Assembly: GCA_028715345.1 (NCBI GenBank)
Contig: JAQUSB010000005.1
Location: 10,042-74,041, forward strand
From: Candidatus Omnitrophota bacterium
Lineage (GTDB): Bacteria; Omnitrophota; Gorgyraeia; 2-01-FULL-45-10
DNA: 64,000 bases
Reading direction: 5' to 3'
The notes under the pieces are model-generated. The model was not told where the DNA came from. It saw only the letters and a list, made by a program, of their open reading frames with translations, and ran no database searches. Of the stretch, positions 60,301 through 64,000 are shown piece after piece. Every line of letters starts with the position of its first letter. The stretch's first letter is position 1. A program made the translations under genes and the position numbers.

Positions 60301-63300
60301 TTTAGCTAACAGGAATAACACAGCCTATCTGGACTCATTCGAACAGGAGACGGAGGTTAAGCGTGAAGGTGATCTGGTATTAGAAGCAGGTATTAGGAAT
60401 ATGCGTTCAAGGGCTTTGGGTATCGGAGTACAGCCGATGGATGTCCTGGGCCAATTGCTTAATAATATATTTGAAAGGAGCGCGATCAAATCGGATCGGG
60501 AGAGGATCGAAAAAAATCCGCCGCTGTCTTTACCCGACCTGGAAGCCCAGGTAAATAGAATAAGGGAAGAGTGGCTCAATACCCATTCCATGCCTGCCGC
60601 ATCCGGAGTTGCCGAGGAGGTTAACTTTTCATATAACTTCTCTCCGGAATTGTTTAGGCGCATGGATGCTTTAGCGCGCCCTGTGAAGTTGATAGATGAA
60701 GCCGTAGATGAGTCGGCAACGCCGAACAGCATAGATATCGAAGATTTCGATTCCTTAGACCGCGAGATCAAAGCCCAAGCGGATGGGGTGTCCATCGAGA
60801 AGATGGCAATGGAGATATTGGGTAATGCGAAGGGCGGAATATGCAGGGCTAAAGGAGCGCTGGAGCCCGGGAATATTCGCTGGAAAATGGAAGAGTTCAG
60901 GTTATCCGACCAGACGGTGCTGAAGATAACTATCACCCAATCGGCTTGCAAGAACGATGATTGGGTGTATCTAAAAGAAAACGCGGCCGTTGCGGATAAG
61001 GAAGGTATAGGATTTTTGACTGACACAGGGAACGCCAGACAGCTGTCAAAACATTTTTTTGAAAAAGGCAACGGCCTGAGCTATTTCGCATCGGTCGCAA
61101 AGCGGCACGGCGGCTGGCTGCGTTTTAGAAGAGGCGCCGAAGGCGACAATCCTATGACAACGGAATTATTCTTACGCATAAGAGAACGTGTTCCCGAAAA
61201 GCTCCGTCTGCCGGTTTTGAACGCATTAAAGAATGAGCCGGCCGGCTCCGTATGGGAATTTACGGCTCAAATATCCGAAGTTTTCAAAGAGGCCGCATCT
61301 CTTTTTGTCAAATATCCGTTTGGAGGCAGGCCTCCCGAAATCTGGGCGGCGAATGAAGACTGGTTTTTTGAGCCGTGGGGAAGGGATGAATTCATTTCTC
61401 TGCCGGGACTTCTTATCACTACGGGGAAGCTTGAGGACGCAAAAAAGATATTCCGGCTGTTCGGCTCGTTCCAGAAGGACGGGCTCATCCCGAACCGTAT
61501 ATTCGATACCTCGAAAAAAGAATCGGCTATGTATAATACTTCGGATGCCTCGTTATGGTTTATACAAGCGCTTAAAAAATATGCGGTGTCTACCGGCGAT
61601 TGGGATTTTGCCGTCGAGATGCTTCCCGCCGTGCAGGCCGTGATCAGCGGCTACGAAAACGGCACGGGATATATGCATTATAATCGATTTAACAGTATTA
61701 AAATGGACCCTTCCGACGGTCTCGTAGTAACTCCGGCCCAGTCGACCTGGATGGACGCCGATCCTTATGGAGCGGACCACCCGGTGACGCCCCGTAACGG
61801 CAAGGCGGTCGAGATAAATGCCTTGTGGTATTCGAATTTAAGGTTCTTTGCCGGGCTATTAGAAAAGTCCGGAAAAGATAAGGCAATGTCGGAGCATTAC
61901 GCCAAGCTTGCCGATAAGGTCAAGGTCAGTTTCAACGATAAATTCTGGAACGACAAGCCTAAATCTTCCGGCATTTCGGATGAAAAAGAGGGCGCGCTCT
62001 TCGATGTTATCGAAGGCGATCCTCATGGCGGAGCAATACGCCCGAACATGATCTTTGCCGTAAGTAACGGCGATGACATCCTCTCCCCGGAAAGGCAGAG
62101 ATCGGTCCTGAAGGCAGTGACGGCCGACCTGCTTACGCCTTATGGGCTCAGGACTTTATCTCCGAGAGACTCTCATTACAAAGGCTATTATTTTACGGAC
62201 CTGCCGATGCATGAAAAGGATCAGGCTTATCACCAGGGGCCTGCATGGCCGTGGCTTATAGGAGCGTATGTCGATGCTCTTTGCACGGTAATGAAAAATG
62301 AAGGAGCGTCAAATGACGAAATAGAGGCAAAGACGCGCGAAATACTCGAGCCCTTAACGCTATTTATGTTTAAATTCGGATCTTTGCCGGAACTTTTTGA
62401 CGGCAATTTACCGCAGTGTCCCGGCGGCACGCATTCGCAGGCTTGGAGCGTCGCCGAAGTCTTCCGCGCGCTCGTCGAGCACGGCGGCATAAGTATAAAA
62501 CCCGAGAGTTCGGCCGACGGCGTCGAAAACGGCCCGCGCACCCAACCAGACGACGGTTTTACCGCGCCTCCCGGCGAAGCACGAGTTTTTACGCGTCAAA
62601 TAACCGTGAAGCCGGGCCGTGTCATTCATGCGAATCCGGGGTGGGTATTAAATCGTTTAAAGTACGAGATAGACAGGAAGGCAGGCGGAAAAGTAGCTAT
62701 GTCTCTTAATGCCACAGGAGATATAAAATACACGGCCGATTTTGATCATTTTACTCAGTTTACATCATTCCCGGAAGTAGAAGAGGTGAGCCCCTATATC
62801 CTGGTATCGATCTCGAGTGTCAGCGAAGATCTTGCCAACCGGGTCCTGGAGTTATTTGATCGGCTTTTAAAAGATACCGATGTACTTGAACAGCGCAAAC
62901 CCGCAACGCCGGACGACTACGTGCTAGACGACTACATAAATGAAATAAGGGCCTGGCCCGCCGAAAATGCAGCAGCTTTGGCCGCAGATGAGGCGCTGGA
63001 AGAGATACTTAAAATTATTCCGGGTGCGCTGAATTTTACCGATTTTATGGCAGAGCTGGCGCTGATACTGCAAATAGCCGATATTTTCCGGCAAGATAAC
63101 TCAACCTTTATATTTTCCGAAAAAATTGCATTCGATAACAGGTTGGCAGCATTTTTGCCGAAGCTGATAGATCAAAAGAAAGGCGCCAAGGTTGGCGTTC
63201 TACTCAGCAGTGAAGATAATCAAAAAGCGGAAAGAGAAAAAGCTTTGATCGATATATTGAATAAAGGCAAGCCCAGGGCTGAATGGATAGAGTGCGCGAC

Positions 63301-63526
63301 GACAATAGCCGAGCTAAGAGCCAACACTCCTTCGGCAAGATATTATTATTTCCGAATGCGCGGCGATCCTGAAGATCCGGGATTGGCAGGTGTCTCTACA
63401 ATGCCCGAGCTGACGCCTGATATGGTCAAAAGGATAATAGATTCTATATGTAAGGCCTGCCGAGTCGAGCTCGAGAAGCTTCCTCTTCTGCACGAACTTG
63501 CCAGAATATTCGCGGAGGCCGCGTAA
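48353..63526 (+). CDS. giant multidomain secreted/membrane protein (5057 aa)
   Basis: Uninterrupted 15,174-nt ORF with a signal-like N-terminus and hydrophobic TM segments near 50815..50965 and 54490..54590. HExxH 'HELIHVLQ' lies at about 51247 and 'HEFLHQFE' at about 59925. A PPDK_N/dikinase-like ATP-grasp spans about 52150..53015 ('RSSAFNEDTFLSSMAGKYLS' to 'PVDIEFSFEGNDFDVQQVRPIT'). A SAM-MTase-like segment spans about 53985..54335 ('ILYIGLGFD', 'VLKPGGI'). The GH13-like regions I-IV at about 56900..58150 are 'DHVTNH', 'LLRFDLAHC', 'AVAEVYGG' and 'LLDETHDEH'. A GDE/GH133-like domain spans about 61380..62480 ('VEINALWYSN', 'LRTLSP...AYHQGPAWPWLIGAY'). Confidence 0.8.
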   Translation: MFIYKHNIISKSIIFALAFSFLSDSVVSANPDLLAPQAGNPSVYRQIRTMMENNFDENKHIAKFVEDRSDKARKLSYISGLEDDFRQCVKASDAEGMFIRLKSTLIADGGKIQLIILDKGETPPKKLGGESVWGYADKDITVFVSDDEWEILKNDQTAAKETKRKIIARLFHEIRARSTKAKELFEKGYGRDKPDASAEVPQFVRSLREKYEKNNREMEKEIKKHGRIKSKALREEFAGLTFFDGRPQLMNRDYTMAETIGIDDLVDLCRKADDPVSWIKAFKNLSAVDINSKADRNKAIRVCEEFLNSRRTTAWHVYVNEYSGWGSACMSAEFYISRFFERINHNSQCPGVYRCKDSSMFTLQSPVCPGVENRFIKSRPRNDTTLLEFRNGRLAMVDNVPVDTYLEHVWPSSDTEVLSGIKEQRIILEKEYFIDCDKPIYLGAINYGRYKSSKTTYAVLLNDLYVRYEGGKPRFDSSGGGRSYNLKGMLFVLYGRYSLDKRFPAFKLARPSVVIESLSEKYLKGDRDSLKLQKLFANRETASLCAGTPSKKPVRKPGDPYYMAHPDSIPPEDPDQGPDLNYQPLRAPKPQEAGQAKPSADEDFIIFNKVRMHLTEAKKELESIYPTKSFLFNARVNNGVVEIGVVPKGSPRNHLSINYPGFEDEGVYRGAVWGDGGLFEMLPYFDDTEYLEEDRTDDIVKLTRILNAQIDDHILISKAMIGLGLSERTSVLNEWMKVKLVEWNRITGRPKLDTVKDIGTLSRLRLSNQSEPQAVEPPKQQGAERRLPAEPENLTPEPTGDLSGSGRALTLLKAIETIEPGAAGVFGYAAALTMSVITMALVTDLDPVMYFMLGSIVTLSTAKIMTKIAVSYIRAQMCDVLPAGSIVGIAKRSGMRSISSEEEYALTRLAKTLPPNFEFRIFRNLTYWRWFTQGEWPYAPAGIAEMIGKRHVVSLIDFTATPDRIAHELIHVLQRSQEERDAAVPLVVPLERLLGELGGEEAAGLSAEVRRVREDFLEYWKRFNGTDQTNVSIALDLEFGASLYQRIFAAAFEGDARVIDWEDFDLENNGRWDPVLGRYFLELKAHNPKYSDYVNSVKRFIAAIEKTEDQKVKRAILDFLRNYYMSLHIAIPLPGILQLQSPALNDQPGRAPKPQDAGQTPDPAAVKKRFEELRVKYGSKAAWLMILQELGLPEKLGFKIPNFAVPDSGLIMRIIEKTQRALREFDDIERSYERSDLKYRNTKLHFEKFIEEFIEGKYDEEGFASIISANYKGFLKYASIEEWKELFRHLKKSYYLKLFENAKYGGSLVPPSVLLEIAKQTVTSAMIDKISMYYLDDAEKREFFKMASELGEHRIWRSSAFNEDTFLSSMAGKYLSLRTEESAPLGPVCDFGPDLRDNEIRPLYQDYIFAEKSGIAFSDLAGITTIEAVLGECASAVIGENNTIIDIDRETGVINDINYGFYPSPSEFSIEGGSHAIYMAMKTSDIAARMWSEKTVDVVTARGGRKKSPLSKEEIERVRDVIRGLQKALGFPVDIEFSFEGNDFDVQQVRPITGDDDKRSFALPDADLPSAINSSPISIGYTANEGFEGNIVEVYSTPELKDYSKRLTGKLSEKLKELGYAPDNTIIAIDQPLLLASGYNVFINTHSASRIYHTGINFRETDKIIGGMPGFDLFTAPKIAWDEKEITLQDWEGKEYKVRVRVSRDKVRYYSNGFRGLLVRAVEPPKPPLGGGRDIVGLEEFVLGNTAETVVGYLMAHSTAQDEDVRRILARSDPVKAAEFDRLMLREAEQNVTDEKLQRDDFLGSDKMPALKHIKIRKWVPARQIFETGQKYAEGKDSNGIAPIGGVPTHYLEELIPHIVDEVDKKGCAVSFKSDLEGAEILYIGLGFDVTPMMRFIRKYPKIKAIHLLDVNSKTFGVLDMLINENRSELPSGLKIYGYRATVLDMPQELTGAIDIVTDRKVFDTWDDRSFSLPQIDRALEEIYRVLKPGGIHSSFGKFAITEYPETIDMEALGKLDARGEESCVFVKPPAVNPGEFKRNELTAGVRGAPSLAILAAGLASGIMLMAVFFVNDVIYGLLRNERFYQSLLNKHPKLCRFLKGFFNYRILPDLCSSWAVRLILSGHAENSPQKASSAETSLVPGDIDTLITALQGGADELEFYRPAVARFLNIILSPHLINVPASPHSVSEGDYESAKKLHAFLGLCGPVVYSKFIKIVNQMGFQEKELFLDRPLISGVFNYGHTVVPDPLMAHQALYPGLSRESRREPLESLAGPWLMLAGADESQLKAIFDGWLHGDGTVVNEAWFGGLIERAKDNIRRALPEGKSLSPVVNFFSKRSRLDPMVPTESRIMFGYMAIGELEKLRGQVPRKALTHEGGKVRRLPPETKPAKEGKDYGDDIPEDWLAGDAIKYRPLPDDPDQTGWGGIGEPGLIEYLKDGTIPPERVARLALQDIKEHFIDADGFVSRLDDMANEAKKGGNRDLAGACREVIDIIRAGRSSEGLSPGSDGNGDAGRISKFFKWAKRLFSAAASSISKNLSMRKNGAANTVSVLRSHRCIYYNINIKTAAKILLDDDTNGILNFRAKGAYSKISFYMDRNAALAQCKGNGEEFVLEFDLWECLDARIKFTGSTQPETHHKVPLEFLTYNCKKDLVAKMCAVPELKKAILAKQQIVAERLDYTSWEHLAEEMGIAGDGDLWENAWNMPIITFRAVLGAGEDFAASAFDGHTYFMPREFVAGDLEGDDQRTPSLRNPYRLPDELINELKYRAFLKYTEKDIAADEITRRCREIFPGNYIPDPYGNIVSRVDTEIETLRLKCKSAARFVEKPVRIYEVNVAVRINELKKSRGGANLADPDFLTDEKLEELKALGYTHVWLMGEKERDAAAAEIAAWFGKEGPSPYALKSNNIDEEWGGEAARNILAARLKKFGLELAGDHVTNHFGFVGDIMRRYPQLFVIRDKNPALISDYWFDYDEWKNRHPEVRPIPALQGKVVLRAQERRWGGGTKTLGTGDVAQISIHSPDAIDIITSLVDEAASKVCGPDGQGAGLLRFDLAHCLWRNDLLDRVGGFLSYEEWMRFNNNYRGIEPWKVILNRIRKKYPNLIAVAEVYGGAQSNADLLALGFDFAYDKERGFYDMAVLRKDALSLNVHMRQLELMRRAGLYSVLLDETHDEHSIAGICPRAQHAAILFLRRLSGHAELMFSGEESGMDWGKHNAEDKWPRDFKGDLSRRAMYEHPLLKHPALMHGRRKPLAALNGNGQEGAIAAYILEHEGKRYLGMANISNSVAKGRVNLDPDSIFDNKSTFFRFRDIVGDYNKWAAQSGYAPAHTEETAHVHRRQELKSLYVELEPNNVQLFEIAPSENARPTGKVVPDGDVAVKGFADFYPKLTNDNTQPLKENRVVYVTVDFTDRVAGKDVRLIMHCAGADGRSHSSVEGRYADDFKESHRFKFVVPEGTGEYTLETSFDRGATWYPMGWNIKIAGAQPIGGGRDIVSLEDFARDHTAAQIVGYLKAHGVDQADDIRQILASSDPEKAKEFDKLLGLAGSQAGMVQIAPAGAKFYKMPEDRLPKPAVLQPSAQKTQTDEEAAVISDAIINKGEMYPMGGEAMSAIEGDDIYIVTRVPDEFLNKEGLEVWICSDLNGGWENTVRMEKVIKENPGEDRFVGKIRLNRAGTVQYKCRWLIRENGRISSQGWATPPSKNCCILVRQKNDSREEGVSTEERSVMLRAFRRALAGERMDPRYFERRINYKFIKDALENRRGLSTKNLPEDFEEAVYNIFLSRVISNNAEWDIVDRSYQPSQAQNEAVQEAGALLTEFYGFKIDLLPLVLWGDPKRQTNNGEALTIHDFIIINSKEHVKAQLRHHLVHEFLHQFEGRPKLYCPSLEESVVDYLTMVICKDYNLGNYYYREGMKLVGILVDLVGFEKVYRFFRDTDFKGMEESLGDSGERVLRILMSYYFATDADIFPEPIKDAQEDPESAKISFREFLANRNNTAYLDSFEQETEVKREGDLVLEAGIRNMRSRALGIGVQPMDVLGQLLNNIFERSAIKSDRERIEKNPPLSLPDLEAQVNRIREEWLNTHSMPAASGVAEEVNFSYNFSPELFRRMDALARPVKLIDEAVDESATPNSIDIEDFDSLDREIKAQADGVSIEKMAMEILGNAKGGICRAKGALEPGNIRWKMEEFRLSDQTVLKITITQSACKNDDWVYLKENAAVADKEGIGFLTDTGNARQLSKHFFEKGNGLSYFASVAKRHGGWLRFRRGAEGDNPMTTELFLRIRERVPEKLRLPVLNALKNEPAGSVWEFTAQISEVFKEAASLFVKYPFGGRPPEIWAANEDWFFEPWGRDEFISLPGLLITTGKLEDAKKIFRLFGSFQKDGLIPNRIFDTSKKESAMYNTSDASLWFIQALKKYAVSTGDWDFAVEMLPAVQAVISGYENGTGYMHYNRFNSIKMDPSDGLVVTPAQSTWMDADPYGADHPVTPRNGKAVEINALWYSNLRFFAGLLEKSGKDKAMSEHYAKLADKVKVSFNDKFWNDKPKSSGISDEKEGALFDVIEGDPHGGAIRPNMIFAVSNGDDILSPERQRSVLKAVTADLLTPYGLRTLSPRDSHYKGYYFTDLPMHEKDQAYHQGPAWPWLIGAYVDALCTVMKNEGASNDEIEAKTREILEPLTLFMFKFGSLPELFDGNLPQCPGGTHSQAWSVAEVFRALVEHGGISIKPESSADGVENGPRTQPDDGFTAPPGEARVFTRQITVKPGRVIHANPGWVLNRLKYEIDRKAGGKVAMSLNATGDIKYTADFDHFTQFTSFPEVEEVSPYILVSISSVSEDLANRVLELFDRLLKDTDVLEQRKPATPDDYVLDDYINEIRAWPAENAAALAADEALEEILKIIPGALNFTDFMAELALILQIADIFRQDNSTFIFSEKIAFDNRLAAFLPKLIDQKKGAKVGVLLSSEDNQKAEREKALIDILNKGKPRAEWIECATTIAELRANTPSARYYYFRMRGDPEDPGLAGVSTMPELTPDMVKRIIDSICKACRVELEKLPLLHELARIFAEAA

Positions 63527-63530
63527 CGCA

Positions 63531-64000
63531 GATGAGTATATACAAAAATAGATACGGTGGATTATTCAAGGCGATAGCCGCGATACTACTGTGCGCGTTT
63601 TTGCTCAGCGACATCGCCTGGGCGATGCCGCAGGGCCGTGATCCGTCCATACACGCTACACTTGCCACGGAATCGAGATTTAACAGGATAACGGACTTCT
63701 TCAATGGGAACAGGCTCGATTTCAAGATGAGGGCGGATGTCCTCTACGCGGCCGTCCGTTTAAGAGAATTGATCTTAGGACAAGGCGCGCTTAATGAAGA
63801 CAAAGTCATCGCGATAAAGCGCGAGATCAATACGCTCAACAGGAGATTTCCCGGAGGCGCCGCAAAAATAAGCGAAGACGTAAAACTTTATAAAGAGCTG
63901 GAATCGAGCGGCCGTAAATATCATTCGGTAACTTTTGAATTTAGAAGAGAGGGCGAAGAGCCATACCCCGTAGACCTGCTTTTATTCCCCGATTACTCGC
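63531..64000 (+). CDS. hypothetical secreted protein, 3' end beyond window
   Basis: ATG 4 nt after the giant-gene stop, with GGAGG about 12 nt upstream. Signal-like 'LFKAIAAILLCAFLLSDIAWA'. Open to the window end. Confidence 0.4.

Noticed and set aside
48353-63526. Giant ORF as an artefact of an alternative genetic code (UGA or UAG reassignment) or read-through of several genes.
   Set aside because: UGA, UAA and UAG all work as stops elsewhere in the window, for example UGA at the prfB frameshift site and in the PIN ATGA overlap. All six-frame ORFs on other frames are short, and domain order runs continuously in one frame.
1-64000. CRISPR arrays, rRNA genes, integrase or phage structural genes.
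   Set aside because: No direct-repeat/spacer periodicity, rRNA-like conserved blocks or phage hallmark motifs were seen on either strand.

Overview
This is a gene-dense bacterial chromosomal window from a diderm lineage: lolCDE, lptE-like, BamD-like, murJ and lnt are all present. GC is roughly 50-55 %. Almost all housekeeping genes sit on the + strand: folC' (5' truncated by the window edge), mnmE, folE, accA, nfo, leuS, comEA, comEC, holA, murJ, a short uvrC, ogt, prfB (with a programmed +1 frameshift), secA, lnt, lysS, lolCE, lolD, dnaG, rpoD and cspA. One tRNA-Ala(GGC) is present. Three regions stand out. (1) A single uninterrupted 15,174-nt ORF (48353..63526) encodes a 5057-aa secreted, membrane-spanning mosaic protein with recognisable alpha-glucan-related modules (a PPDK_N/dikinase-like ATP-grasp, a GH13-like and a GDE/GH133-like domain), a SAM-methyltransferase-like segment, two HExxH motifs and ancient internal duplications. 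(2) A compositionally distinct six-gene + strand operon at about 27.4-31.1 kb (roughly 38-40 % GC) encodes a PIN nuclease, a proteasome-beta/HslV-like Ntn hydrolase, a Zn-ribbon membrane protein and unknowns, a candidate undescribed toxin/defence-type module. It is bounded by REP-like palindromes and a frameshifted REP-associated tyrosine transposase (RAYT). (3) A dispersed REP family of at least six copies shows compensatory stem substitutions. A 76-bp duplicate of an internal yraN segment lies at the island edge. No CRISPR array and no rRNA were seen. All calls rest on motif recognition by eye, with no database searches run.
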